Assembly (NCBI RefSeq): GCF_004010195.1
Contig: NC_057720.1
Span: 28,726,982 to 28,772,034, forward strand
From: Chiloscyllium plagiosum
Lineage: Eukaryota
Direction of reading: 5' to 3'
DNA: 45,053 nucleotides
The position numbers and the translations under genes were made by a program. Below the pieces are notes generated by a model that was not told where the DNA came from, ran no database searches, and worked only from the letters and a program-made list of their open reading frames with translations. Shown here piece after piece: positions 11,932-23,984 of the stretch; the first letter of the stretch is position 1; every line of letters starts with the position of its first letter.

Positions 11932-12718
11932 NNNNNNNNNNNNNNNNNNNNNNNNNNNNNNNNNNNNNNNNNNNNNNNNNNNNNNNNNNNNNNNNNNNNN
12001 NNNNNNNNNNNNNNNNNNNNNNNNNNNNNNNNNNNNNNNNNNNNNNNNNNNNNNNNNNNNNNNNNNNNNNNNNNNNNNNNNNNNNNNNNNNNNNNNNNNN
12101 NNNNNNNNNNNNNNNNNNNNNNNNNNNNNNNNNNNNNNNNNNNNNNNNNNNNNNNNNNNNNNNNNNNNNNNNNNNNNNNNNNNNNNNNNNNNNNNNNNNN
12201 NNNNNNNNNNNNNNNNNNNNNNNNNNNNNNNNNNNNNNNNNNNNNNNNNNNNNNNNNNNNNNNNNNNNNNNNNNNNNNNNNNNNNNNNNNNNNNNNNNNN
12301 NNNNNNNNNNNNNNNNNNNNNNNNNNNNNNNNNNNNNNNNNNNNNNNNNNNNNNNNNNNNNNNNNNNNNNNNNNNNNNNNNNNNNNNNNNNNNNNNNNNN
12401 NNNNNNNNNNNNNNNNNNNNNNNNNNNNNNNNNNNNNNNNNNNNNNNNNNNNNNNNNNNNNNNNNNNNNNNNNNNNNNNNNNNNNNNNNNNNNNNNNNNN
12501 NNNNNNNNNNNNNNNNNNNNNNNNNNNNNNNNNNNNNNNNNNNNNNNNNNNNNNNNNNNNNNNNNNNNNNNNNNNNNNNNNNNNNNNNNNNNNNNNNNNN
12601 NNNNNNNNNNNNNNNNNNNNNNNNNNNNNNNNNNNNNNNNNNNNNNNNNNNNNNNNNNNNNNNNNNNNNNNNNNNNNNNNNNNNNNNNNNNNNNNNNNNN
12701 NNNNNNNNNNNNNNNNNN
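11932..12718. other. Assembly gap (N run)
   Basis: Continuous run of n. Confidence 1.
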
Positions 12719-13790
12719 TTTTGTAGCCTTCCCAATCTTCTGATTTCCCAGTGCTCTTGGCCACTTTATAGGATCTCTCTTTTTCTTTGATAGATTTCCT
12801 GACTTCCTTTGTCAGCCATGGCTGTCTAATCCCTCTCCAGATAATCTTTCTCTTCTTGGGGATGAACCTCTGTACAGTGTCCTCAATTTTACCCAAAAAC
12901 TCCTGCCATTTTTGCTCTACTGTCTTCCCTGCTAGGCTCTGCTTCCAGTCTATTTTCGTCAGTTCCTCTCTCATGCCCTCATAATTACCTTTATTTAACT
13001 GTAACGCCATTACATCAGATTTTGCCTTCTCTCTTTCAAACTGCGGACTGAACTCTACCATATTAAGATCGCTGCTTCCTAAGTGTTCCCTTACTTTAAG
13101 ATTTTTTATAAAGTCTGGTTCATTACATAGCACTAGGTCCAGAATAGCCTGCTCCCTTGTGGGCTCCATGACAAGCTGTTCCAAAAAGCCATCCTGTAAG
13201 CATTCCATGAATTCCCTTTCTTTGGATTCACTGGCAACATTATTTACACAGTCCACCTGCATATTGAAGTCTCCCATGATCACCGTGACCTTGCCTTTCT
13301 GTCATGTCTTCTCTATTTCCCGGTACATGTTGCGCCCCTGGTCCTGACCACTGTTAGGAGGTCTGTACATAACTCCCACTATGGTTTTTTTTGCCTTTGT
13401 GGTTCCTCAATTCCACCCACACAGACTCCACATCATCCGACGCTATGTCATTCAGTGCCATAGATTTAATTTGTTCTTAACTAACAAGGCAACCCCGCCC
13501 CCTCTGCCCACCTCCCTGTCTTTTCGATAAGTTGAAAACCCTTGGATGTTTAACTGCCAGTCCTGACCCTCCCGCAACCACGTCTCTGTAATACCTACCA
13601 CATCATAATCATTCACGATGATCTGTGCCATTAGTTCGTCTGCTTTGTTACGAATGCTACGAGCATTCAGGTAAAGTGCCTGAATACTAACTTTCTTATC
13701 ATTAGAGATATTGGAAGTCATAAGATGTCCTAAGTTATCCTTCCTTTTTGCTGCATTCCCAGTCTGTCTCAAGTTTAAATCCGCCTGCAT
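12719..13790 (-). mobile_element. Young CR1-type LINE ORF2 N-terminus (APE endonuclease), frameshifted near 13450 and 13390
   Basis: ALYLNARSIRNKADEL..YDVVGITETWL..YRKDR..GRGGGVALLVK, then IMGDFN..PTREQAILDLVL..LGSSDLNMVEF. Confidence 0.93.
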
Positions 13791-14096
13791 TGTCAAGCAT
13801 CAATATGCTGACTGGATTACATAGTGAAACAGAGGTTTCTGCACAAGGTGAAACATTGAGAACTAGTAGCCAACAGTAGGTATTAGTGGCAGGGACAGTT
13901 CAGGAGATAGCTACAAAGGAGAACAAGAGATATGGATTTTAGAGAATCAAGAATGGTAGCAAAACTGCTTGATTAACAAATCCAATTGCACCAGATATCG
14001 AAAAGAAACTGCTGTACGGTCACTGACATAACTGAAAATGTAAGAAATTAACTTCCACCATGAGTGATGTGGGCTCCTAGGTACTGTAATCTACAG

Positions 14097-14425
14097 GGAA
14101 AAGATGAGGACTGCAGTTGCTGGAGGTCAGAGTCGAGAGTGTGTTGCTTGAAATGCACAGCATCCAAGGAGCAGGAGAATCGTCGTTTCGGGTAAAAGCC
14201 CTTCATCAGGAATGAGGCTTGTGGACCTATCACCTTCTCTCTCACTTTCATCCACTATCGCTTCCTCAGCTACCTTCCTCCCAAACCCGTCTCCCTCCCA
14301 CTTATCCCTCAGACCTGGCCCACAAGCCTCATTCCTGATGAAGGGGTTATGCCCGAAAAGTTGATTCTCCTGCTCCTTGGATGTTGCCTGACCTGCTGTG
14401 CTTTCCCAGCATCACACTCTCAACA
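14097..14425. mobile_element. Penelope-like short inverted-repeat element with degenerate hammerhead cores in both arms
   Basis: Arms ~14135-14225 and ~14318-14422 are inverted. ctgatgaaggggttatgcccgaaa lies at 14335-14358. Flanking direct repeat gtaatcta(c/t)ag at 14086-14096 and 14426-14436. Confidence 0.75.
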
Positions 14426-14889
14426 GTAATCTATAGTCTACCCTGGAGCAAATGGCTTAATTTGAGGACATTGCAGATGGGACCTCACAGCAAGTTAGGG
14501 AAAAACTTATATATCCCCTGAAAAGGGAAAAACAGGCTGGGCTTGTCATATTCTACTAACCTGTATCATGCCATCAGCAGGCTTTGTGCTGTCTTCATAG
14601 TTACATTTTTGTAGACTTCACCATGCCTGAGCCGGTAGCACAAAATTATGAAAAGCTAACATGAGTTCAGGATAATCTTCAATTTTTAAAGCCAGCTTCC
14701 CTCTTAAAGGGAAGATACATTTTGATGAGAGCAGATGCTGGAAGTCATTCTGAAAATATGATTTACCAGGGAAGAGCGCATGAAAAGCATGGAATGGCAC
14801 TAAACATGCTCTAATCTTTCTTGTTGCAGCACCAGAAGGTCTTTCTGACAAACACTGAAGACAGTGGGCACAGATAGTGGCCATTGGTG

Positions 14890-15062
14890 TAGTTTGGTTA
14901 CCTAAGTTGGCTGGATGACTGGGTGTGATGCAGAAAGATGCCAATAGTGTGGGTTCAATCACCATGAGGGTCTCACCTTCTTGATCTTGTCTGAGTTGTG
15001 GTGACCCTCAGGTTAAAGCACCACTGCTCGTCTCTCTGTAATAAGAGTGAGTGACTTTACTC
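14890..15062 (+). mobile_element. tRNA-like SINE (unassigned family)
   Basis: agttggctggatgactgggtgtgatgcag...gtgggttcaatc...ggtgaccctcaggttaaa. A related head fragment lies at ~25826-25880. Confidence 0.55.
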
Positions 15063-15067
15063 TTCGA

Positions 15068-15360
15068 ACTGAATTGAATTAGCTTTATTGTCAGATGTTC
15101 TCACATGAGTACAGTGAAAAGTTTACAGGTTGCCACATGTGATGCCATCATAAGTCCCTAGGTACAGATCCTTTACTGCAAATTCTTAGGAAAAAATTAG
15201 AATAATAAGAAAAAAAGTCCAGCATTACAGAAATTCGCAAGTTCCAAATCATAGTCATAAATTAGAAAAATAAAGAAGTAAAAGTTTCAGAATAATAGAG
15301 CTTCCACCATAACACAAGAAAAAAAAGAAGTTAAAAGAAAAAGAGTTTGAGACAAAGTCC
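15068..15360 (-). repeat. Unclassified interspersed repeat 3' end (related copy ~20204-20330)
   Basis: gaattgaattagctttattgtc...tacagtgaaaagtttacaggttgcca resembles tgcagtgaaaagtgtgtaatgtcgcca at ~20248-20275. The minus strand has aataaa followed by a short tandem tail. Confidence 0.45.
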
Positions 15361-15940
15361 ACTGCGTCCATTTCATGGCTCTGGGACAGGAAGAGGTTCA
15401 AAGACCTTATTGAATGCATCTTCAAATGTGTGTTGACAGCCTCACATATTGCTCAATGTATCGCCCTCTTCCATTGCTTACCCACTTTATATAACATAAC
15501 TCACACTTCATTTTACACACTTAGCACTCCTCCATGCCTCATATCACATCTCAAAGTTTGCATCCATTGCCAATTATTCAATAATACCAAGCATATCATC
15601 CAAACAGACTTCACTTCCCTCTTTCTGACACATATTGGTGCAAACTGCAAGTAGAAACAGCTAACTTGCAGAATCAGGGATGGCAGTGTAATCTCATGCT
15701 GATGGAAGAAACAGCGCTTGCCATTATCAAAATAGCCATGGAAAACAACTGCTCCTTCTTCTTGCACTCCATTTCTCCCTCATCACATCATTTCTTCAGA
15801 AATACAAATTGCAGTTGTCTTATGATGCACCTCTTGCATCCATCACAGCACTACCCATATGTCTTTTCCTTCCAGATATCAAAGAGCTGAAGCTTCACTA
15901 ACCCTATAGTACCTATGCTACAAGAGGTTCAAAGACCTTA

Positions 15941-16220
15941 GAGGGCATTTGAGAGCCAGCCACATTGCTGTGTGTCTGGAGTCACATGAGACCAGACCAG
16001 GTGAGGATGGTAAATTTCCTTCCCTGAAGGACATTAGTGAACCAGATGGGTTTTTCTGACAATGGTTTCAGCATCATCGGTAGATTCTTAATTCCAGATT
16101 TTGTTTTATTGAATTCAAATTCTACCATCTGCTGTGGCGGGATTTGAACCTGGGTCCCCAGAACATTATCTGGGTCTCTGGATTGATAATCTAGCGTTAA
16201 TACCACGAGACCAACGCCTT
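15941..16220 (-). mobile_element. tRNA-derived SINE (minus strand)
   Basis: gggatttgaacctgggtcccc is a B-box (ggttcaaatccc) on the minus strand, followed by a typical SINE body. Confidence 0.7.
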
Positions 16221-16262
16221 CTCTACAGCTTTAAGGTTCTTTCAGCTTATCCAGATCAAAGC

Positions 16263-16725
16263 GTGAACTGCAGGGTGGATGAGTTTGCTTACCAATGCAC
16301 TGTGGTACAGGAAATCATTCACGATAGAGGAGTAAGATAGTTTTCATTGCACCTTGGGGCACAATGACAGCTATCACTGTTATACTGCAGCAAGCACACT
16401 TCATATTCAGGGTCATGCACCCTGCTTATGGACTGGACCAGGCTGCGATTCTGGGCTGTTCACTTGTTCTCTTTGGGCTTACTCACTTTGATGAACTGAT
16501 GCTCACAGCATCCCTGCCTTGACTTTTGCACCTTTCCCTTCTGCCAGAGATACCAGGCTTGCAGGATTGCCGTGTGGCTGTGCCAATTAGTGCAGATGCA
16601 AAGCCAGGATGTTTGTCAGCAGTTCTCAGTCAAGGAAGGACTTCCCAAATGGTTCATTCCCTCTTGAATAATTTCCTGTACCACGGTATGTTGATAAGCA
16701 AGCTCATTCACCCTGCAGTACTCAC
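16263..16725. repeat. Imperfect ~60-bp inverted repeat with ~345-bp spacer
   Basis: 16263-16320 gtgaactgcagggtggatgagtttgcttaccaatgcactgtggtacaggaaatcattc versus the reverse complement of 16666-16725. ORFs on opposite strands give CRVDEFAYQCTVVQEII and CRVNELAYQHTVVQEII. Confidence 0.85.
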
Positions 16726-17939
16726 TCTCAAGCCAGGGTTGAAGACATCTCAGAGTGGCTGTAGGTCTTTCTGAAGGGCAATCATGGTACATTTCGAGAC
16801 CAGCAACATGCGTAAAAAAAGAAATGAGGTCCTCCAACAGGAATTTAGGGAGTTAGGTAGTAGGTTAATGCGGAAGGCTACTAAGATGGGGGGAGTAAGA
16901 GGTGGGCCATTGCATTATTAATAAAGGATATTGATAAGGGATAGCATCCTAGAGAGGTCCTCAAATGAGGTCATCTAAGTAGAGCTTACAAATAAAAAGG
17001 GGTGATTACCTTTTTTGGGACTCTACCATAGGCTTTCAAAAATTCAGAAGGAGAAATGGAGGAGCAGTATTGTAGCGGAATCATAGAAAGTTTTTAAAAA
17101 AGTGGATTTATAGTTGTAGGGGACTTCAACTTTGCTAACATTAACTGGGTACCCCTTAGTGTGAAAGGATCAGAAAAGGTGAAATGTTTAATCTGTATTC
17201 AGGACAGTTTTTTGTACCAGTGCATACATAGACCTACCAGAGATGGGGCAGTGTTAGACCTAATCCTAGGGAATGAAACTGGTCAGGTGATTAAGGTTTC
17301 TGCAGGTGAGCATTTTTGGAATAGTGACTAAGACTCTGCAAGTTTCAATGTCATTATGGAAGGAGATTAGAATAGTGCAGAACCTAATTGGGGAAAGGCT
17401 GACTTCAAAATTTCAAAATTCAATTGGGAGCAGCTACTTGACGGAAGTCTATATTTGGAAAGTGGGAATCTTTCAAAAGGAAATGAGAATTCAGGACCAG
17501 TGAGTTCCTCTGAGGGCAAGGGCAACAGATCCAGGGGGCCTGGATTTCAAGGGATATCAAGAATTTGATGAAGAGAAAGATGGAATACAGTACAATAAAA
17601 ACAGGGGAGGCCTTCAAAAGTATAGAGAGTGTAAAAGGTTGCTTAAAAAAGAAATGAGGAGGGCAGAGAGGCCACAAAATATCAAGAAAAATCCCCACCA
17701 AGCTTTTTGTAACTATGTTAAGAATGAAAAGGATTACCAGTGATTGCGTGGGGCCTACTAAAGACCAAAGGGGCAATCTGTGTGTGGAGCCAGTTGGCAT
17801 GGTGAGATATTAAATGAATACTTCTCATTTGTTTTCACAGAGGAGAAAAAAATTGTATCTCGGGGTTTCACTTGGGATGGTGAGATTCTCGAACGCATTA
17901 AGATTTATAAGGAGGAGGTATGAGATTTTTTAACAGGTG

Positions 17940-18380
17940 TAGGAAAGATTTTTTAGGAAAGATGTGGAAGCTTTGGAGAGGGTGCAGAGAAGATTTACCA
18001 GGATGTTGCCTGGAATGGAGAGGAAGTCGTACGAGGATAGGTTGAGAGTTCTCGGCCTTTTCTCGTTGGAACGGCGAAGGATGAGGGGTGACTTGATAGA
18101 GGTTTATAAGATGATCAGAGGAATAGATAGAGTAGACAGTCAGAAACTTTTTCCCCGGGTACAACAGAGTGTTACAAGGGGACATAAATTTAAGGTGAAG
18201 GGTGGAAGGTATAGGGGAGATGTCAGGGGTGGGTTCTTTACCCAGAGAGTGGTGGGGGCATGGAATGCGCTGCCTGTGGGAGTGGTAGAGTCAGAATCAT
18301 TGGCGACCTTTAAGCGGCATTTGGATAGGTACATGGATGGGTACTTAATCTAGGTTAGAAGTTCGGCACAACATCGTGGG
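17940..18380 (+). mobile_element. Young CR1 3' end nested in the older CR1
   Basis: Open 129-aa ORF 17964-18353 EALERVQRRFTRMLPG...LERRRMRGDLIEVYK...WNALP, lying upstream of the host's pre-RT region. Confidence 0.88.
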
Positions 18381-18533
18381 GCCAAGGGAGGATATTGCGG
18401 GGCCTTAACGATGTATTTAATACTTTGCTGGCCATTGATAAATGCCAGGCAATGGAGAATAGCTAATGTGGTTCCTTTGTTCAAGAAGGGCAGCAGGGAT
18501 AGTCCAGGTAATTACAGACCAGTCAGTCTGATA

Positions 18534-18618
18534 TGGAAATGTGTTGCTGGAAAAGCGCAGCAGGTCAGGCAGCATCTAAGGAACAGGAGAATCGACGTTT
18601 CGGGCATTAGCCCTTCTT
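18534..18618 (-). mobile_element. 85-bp Penelope-like insertion with 14-bp TSD
   Basis: cagtcagtctgata is duplicated exactly at 18520-18533 and 18619-18632. The body matches the arm at 34990-35076. Confidence 0.85.
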
Positions 18619-18621
18619 CAG
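18589..18621 (-). ncRNA. Minimal hammerhead ribozyme core motif
   Basis: The minus strand reads CUGAAGA-A-GGGC-UAAU-GCCC-GAAA-CG-UC-GAUUC. The native stem I 5' arm is replaced by flank. Confidence 0.55.
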
Positions 18622-19095
18622 TCAGTCTGATAGCAGTGGTAGGGAAATTATTGCAAACAAATTCTGAAGGAAAGGATTAATCAATATTTGGAAAGGTTGG
18701 GATTGATCAGGGATAGTCAGCATGAACCTGTTTGAGGGAGATCCTGTAAGGCTAATTCAATTGATTTTTTTGAAAAGGTGGATGAATGTATTGATGAAGG
18801 TAATGTAGTTGACGTGGGTTACATGGACTTCCTTTGACAAGATTCAACATGAAAGACTGGTCCAAAAAGTAAGAGCTCAGGGGTTCCAAGGCAAATTGGC
18901 AAACTAGATCCAAAATTGGCATACAAATAGGAGGCAAAGGTGGTGGAAGGTTGTTTTTGAAATTGGAAGCCTGGGACTAACAGTATACCTCAGGGATTAG
19001 TGCTAGAACCTTGCCATTTGATATGTACATCAACAACTTAGATGAGAATGTAGAAAGTATAAATAGCAAGTTTACAGATGACATGAAAATTGGTT

Positions 19096-19232
19096 AAACA
19101 TGAAACAAAAAGCTGAAAGAACTGTGGATGCTGGAAATCATGAACAAACTGCTGGAAAAACTCAGCAGGTCTGGCAGTATCTGTGGAGAGAAAGCAGAAT
19201 TAGCATTTCAGGTTCAGTGACCCTTCTTTTGA
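19096..19232 (-). mobile_element. Penelope-like fragment (diverged)
   Basis: aactgtggatgctggaaatc...ctggaaaaactcagcaggtctggcagtatctg...tttcaggttcagtgacccttc is related to the other hairpin elements. Confidence 0.6.
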
Positions 19233-19539
19233 ACTCAAGGATGGTAGAAACATGAAATTTCCACCTCAGAAGCAATGTTTTAGAATCATCTGAATGAAAA
19301 TCTAAGGTGCTATAGTACAGTGGCTTTTTGGACCAAGTGCAGGTAAATAGAATTAGAGTAGATCGGTGTTTATTGGTCAGCATGAACCCGGTGGGCCAAA
19401 GGGTCTGTTTCTATGCTGTATGACTGTATGATTTCTTTGATCGATGAGATGGCCTACAGTCAAGGGGTCTGAACAAATCATCAGCATACTCTGATACCAC
19501 TCCAGGGTATCAAGCCATTTGGGGTGGTCAGAGTCAGGA

Positions 19540-20203
19540 TTGGCAGACTAAAACTTGGCAGAGGGAATACAATATGGGAAAATGTGAGATTATAAACTTT
19601 GACAGGAAGAATAGTGGAGCCAACTATTATTTAAATGGAAAAAGACTGCATAAAATGTTACAGCACAGAGGAAATGCATAAATTACAAAAGGTTAGCATG
19701 CACATTCAACAGGTAATAAGGAAGGCAAATGCAATGTTGATATATTATTTCAAAGGGAATGGATTATAAAAATGGATTATTAAAAACTGTACAAGGCAAT
19801 AGTCAGACCACACCTGGGATACTGTAAAAGGTTATGGTTCCCTTAACTAGAGAAAGACTGGTTACAGTCCAGAAAGAGTTCATTAGGCTCATCCTGTGTA
19901 CATGGAGGGACTGTCTTATGAGAAAAGGTTGCATAGTTTGGGCCTGCACTAATTGGAGTTTAGAGAATAAGAGGTGACATTATTGAAACATTGATTCTCA
20001 GGGTAGATGTGGAAGAGTTGTTGGCCCTTGTAGGTCAATCTAGGACCAGAGGGCACCCATTTAAGTCAGAGATGAAGAGGACTTACTTATCTCAGAGAGT
20101 GATAGATCTATGGAGTTCTTTACTGCAGTGGGCTGTCGAGGTTGGTTTGTTAAGTGTATTCCGCTGAGATAGACAGATTTTTAATCAGTAAGGGAATCAA
20201 GGA
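19540..20203 (+). mobile_element. CR1-type LINE 3' fragment (tail probably resumes ~21120-21190)
   Basis: YKAIVRPHLGYC and EFREIRGDIIET segments, then gagatagacagatttttaatcagtaagggaatcaagg. Confidence 0.8.
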
Positions 20204-20477
20204 TTAGATTTAGATTATTTATTTAATATTGCCACTTTGTACCTAGGTGCAGTGAAAAGTGTGTAATGTCGCCATGATCTGTCGCCATCTTACATTACAG
20301 AATAAATTACTTAATAAGTACACATGGGCAAATACTGAATAAACTAATATTAAATTAGTTACTGAAACAGCTTCAAAAGTTCATCTTTCCCTCTCTGTAA
20401 ACTTCACCTTCTCTGCTCCTCCAGTCACTGTGGTCCGACATCGTCCCCACGGTCCTGGCAATGTGTTCCCTTTCTTG

Positions 20478-20801
20478 TGGGCAGCACGGTGGCACAATGG
20501 TTAGCACTGCTGCCTCACAGCGCCAGAGACCCAGGTTCAATTCCCGCCTCAGGCAACTGACTGTGTGGAGTTTGCATGTTCTCCCCGTGTCTGCGTGGGT
20601 TTTCTCCGGGTGCTCCGGTTTCCTCCCACCATCCAAAGATGTGCAGGGTCAGGTGAATTGGCCATACTAAATTGCCTGCAGTGTTAGGTAAGGGGTAAAT
20701 GTAGGGGTAGGGGTAGGGGTATGGGTGGGTTTCACTTCGGCGGGTCGGTGTGGACTTGTTGGGCCGAAGGGCCTGTTTCCACACTGTAATCTAATCTAAT
20801 C
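20478..20801 (+). mobile_element. HE1-type V-SINE, full length
   Basis: Same sequence as 5783-6097 with an expanded (gtaggg)n segment and (taatc)n tail. Confidence 0.93.
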
Positions 20802-22224
20802 TTTCTGCCACCAGCATTTCCATGTCCACTGGCTCCCAGCTGGACACATTGACTGGACACATCACCAATGCAGGACATTGACTGACGAATTCTGGCTCTG
20901 AGTCAACAGACTGGTTTTAATTTAAAACAAAATTCTGAATTGCTGATAGGAGGAAGGGGACGGAAGAGGACGGACTGCAGTATGTGGAAAAGCCAGGAAT
21001 GAGGGGTTGGGGTGGGTGAGAGTGAATCGGGAAGGATGGTGTATGCAATAGTGAGAGAGGTAGAGCATGGATCTTGGTGGGAGGTGGGTGCAGGAGCAGA
21101 GGTAGAGTGAGTTTGAAGTATTGGAGAGAAGATTAGCAGAGTGGAATTGATGGGCTTAATGCCCTGCTTCAGCTCCTATGTCTTTTGACCTTTTATTCAG
21201 CTGGATAATGAGGTTAATTTGATAAGATATGATATGTGCGCTCATTAGACCTTCCGGAGAGAAATCTTTCATGAAATGGACAAATCTGTCACTTAGCCAT
21301 AAACATATAAGTTTCCAGTGCTACAATCACATCAGCCATGGACTTATTAAATGGAAGAGCAGGCTTGAGAAGCTGAATGATATTCTCCTGCTCCTAATTC
21401 ATATGTTTATAGAAGGAGTGAGACTAACTTGGGTCAATGACTTAGCCATCTGTCATGAAACCTGAGTAAAAATCACAATTATTAGAATTCAGGTGAGTTT
21501 CTGGGAGGTAAGTAACTAAACATTAACTTTAAAGTAAGCTTATCCTGACAGTTAAGGTTAAATTCACTCCCATGAGGTAAATGGAGGAGAAGTATGTTGC
21601 ACAGCTATAAAACCTGGACCTTGACTGTTGAGTGAGAAGATTGGAAGCATTTGAGCTATGACAGGCATTTGCAGAAATTGAATTGAAAAATAATTCATGG
21701 GAGAGTCCTTGACTAGCATAAACAAAAAATAAGGCTGATTATGATGTAGAAAATGATAGCTTGTGGGCACTTTATCTGGGACAGCTGAGGGAAATTGTCG
21801 ATTGTCGCTATCTGGAATGGTCTGTTTAACAGATCAAGAGAAAGAAGGCTGGATGATGTGATGGAATGAATAAGGGTTAGATCAGGGATTCATATTACAC
21901 ATCTGTTTTGAAACTAAGGTTGGTACACTGCTCGCTAATCACCAGAGCAGCAAAGGCACATGGGGGTGATTTTCATTGTGTAGGAAATGAGAAACTTTAG
22001 AAGCAGATGTGTTTCTTTTTGCATAAAAGTGCTTTGAGAAAGCCTTTCCTTATAAAGAAACATCTTGCTAACTTGACATAACATTATTTCCCCTAATTAT
22101 CTCAGCTTAGGAACTTGTCAAATATTGTTAGACTGTCTTCAATGGAATAGTCAGTTTTTATAGCCAAACATTTTCTTCCTATGACCCAAAACTTGCCCTT
22201 ATGCATAAAGTATGCATAGATCCA

Positions 22225-22350
22225 AAGGGAATGGAACCTGCCTGTCAAATTGATTCAGACCTCTCATAACTTTATGCACTTCAATTAGGTTTCCCTTCAG
22301 CCTCCTCACATTGAAAGAAAGCAACCCCAGCTGATCCAATCTTTCCTCAT
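22225..22350 (-). mobile_element. CR1-type LINE fragment
   Basis: YEERLDQLGLLSFNVRRLKGNLIEVHKVMRGL within ORF 22199-22519. Confidence 0.8.
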
Positions 22351-23039
22351 AAATAAAAGAAATGACCTCGCTGGAACAAAAGAACATTGTTTTTAACCGC
22401 AATATTCCATGGAGCAAGTTGTGAAGGCAACAGCTGCAACACAGTGAGCAGGCAATGAGTGTCTCACAGGTGACTGCAATCTCGGAAAACAGACTCCATC
22501 TCTTCAGGTAGTCAGACATTGCTATTGTGTCACAGGCATTCTTGGGGGGAGGGGGGGGAGGTGGAGGTTTAGCTGTTGGCCTGAATGAAATGGTCAGGAG
22601 AGATTAGGTCAAAGAGCTGGACTGCACATTGTAAGCTGATGACCAAGGCCAAGCTTGCCAGTCCATTTCATTTTCACTGTATGGGTGTGTCTCTATTGGG
22701 ATTGCCCTTTAGAGGGTCACACACAGTTACAATGTACACACCACTCCCTCACAGATGGCAGCATTTGCTTCTGCCCACTCTGAGTCTGGTCACAGCCATT
22801 TTCATTTCCAATGCTCATTAGTGATTTGCAAGATAATTGAAAGCAAAATCAACTATTGCTCAGACCAGGCTCTGCCTTGCTGCATGGATGAATTCCCAAA
22901 CATCAATATCCCCTTCGTAGTAGCTCTCTGTGCTAATCCCATAGGCATTACATCCCCACGAGTCTCCTCCCAACCTCTCTATCTGTTGAGGCTGTACCTG
23001 CCCAACTTTGCCTTACCGTCCAGACATGTGAGATGAACA

Positions 23040-23600
23040 TACCAAGTCAGACCACATTGGGAGTATTGTGCACAGTTATGGGCCCCATATCTCAGGAAAG
23101 ATTACTGACCCTGGAGCTTGTTCAGAGGAGGCTCACAAGAATGGTCCCAGGAATGAAAGGCTCAACATATGAGGAATGTTTGAAGACTCTCGGCCTATAC
23201 TCGATGGAGTTTAGAAGGATAAGGGGTCATCTAATTTAAAAATACAGAATACTGAATGGCCTGGACAGAGTAGGTATTGGGAAGATGTTTTCATTGGGAG
23301 GATAGACTAAGGCACAGCCTTAGAGTAAAGGGAAGACCTTTTAGAATGGAGATAAGGACAAACTTCTTCAACCAGTGAGCGGTGACTCTATGGAATTCAT
23401 TGCCACAGAAGGCTGTGGAGGCCAGGTCATTGAGTATACTTAGGACTGAGATAGTTGGGTTCTTGAGTATAAAGGAGATCAAGGGTTATGGGGAAAAAGT
23501 GGGAAAATGGGATTGAGAAACTTATCAGCCATGATTAAATGGTGGAGCAGATTCGATGGGCTGAATGACCTAATTTCTGCTCCTATGTATAATGGTCTAA
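23040..23600 (+). mobile_element. CR1-type LINE 3' fragment
   Basis: LELVQRRLTRMVPGMKGSTYEECLKTLGLYSMEFRRIRGHLI followed by a typical tail. Confidence 0.85.
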
Positions 23601-23984
23601 TGATCCTCCCCATAAATCAGTGTGCTTTCTACAATTGACAACCCCCTCTAGCATGACTACTTATTGTCTCCCTCCTTGTACAGAGCCCCTAGATCATGAT
23701 CACCCAAGTTAGACGTCTGACCATGCCTAAGCCTGTGGACTGGTACTGGTGGCTGCCCTTGAACTGGTACTGGTTGCTTTATCTGGTTCCAAATATGGCC
23801 AATAGCGCACTTACTTTGTATTAATATAAAAACAATGATCCATCAACCAGTTTACTTTAATAAGCACAAAATTATTGATTTAACATAAAACAAAATGTAT
23901 TTGATGAATTAGTTTTTGCGTTCATTTTGATTATGAAAATATGGATGTTTACCTCTCTAGATATTCCATCACATGGAGACACCC

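Larger units (their letters stand above)
14710..15900 (+). pseudogene. Decayed Harbinger-type Myb/SANT-like gene remnant, interrupted by two repeats
   Basis: RQWAQIV (~14860-14880), RKRFKDL (15388-15408) and LMLMEETALAII (~15693-15728), plus acceptor ttttccttccag (~15864-15875). This mirrors the clearer copy at 34.6-35.5 kb. Confidence 0.45.
16840..19095 (+). mobile_element. Old CR1-type LINE ORF2 (endonuclease to RT) with nested younger insertions
   Basis: VVGDFNF.NINW (~17113-17148), PTRDGAVLDLILGN (~17233-17275), WRIANVVPLFKKGSRDSPGNYRPVSL (~18452-18530), SKFTDD (~19064-19082). Confidence 0.85.

Noticed and set aside
11806..13283. ORFs of 288-477 aa
   Set aside because: They span the 11932-12718 gap. 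Only the CR1 endonuclease-region part is meaningful.
11066..13790. Single near-full-length minus-strand CR1 joining the 3' end and the endonuclease region
   Set aside because: The distance is too short for the missing RT, and an older plus-strand CR1 fragment and a gap lie between. Continuity cannot be shown.
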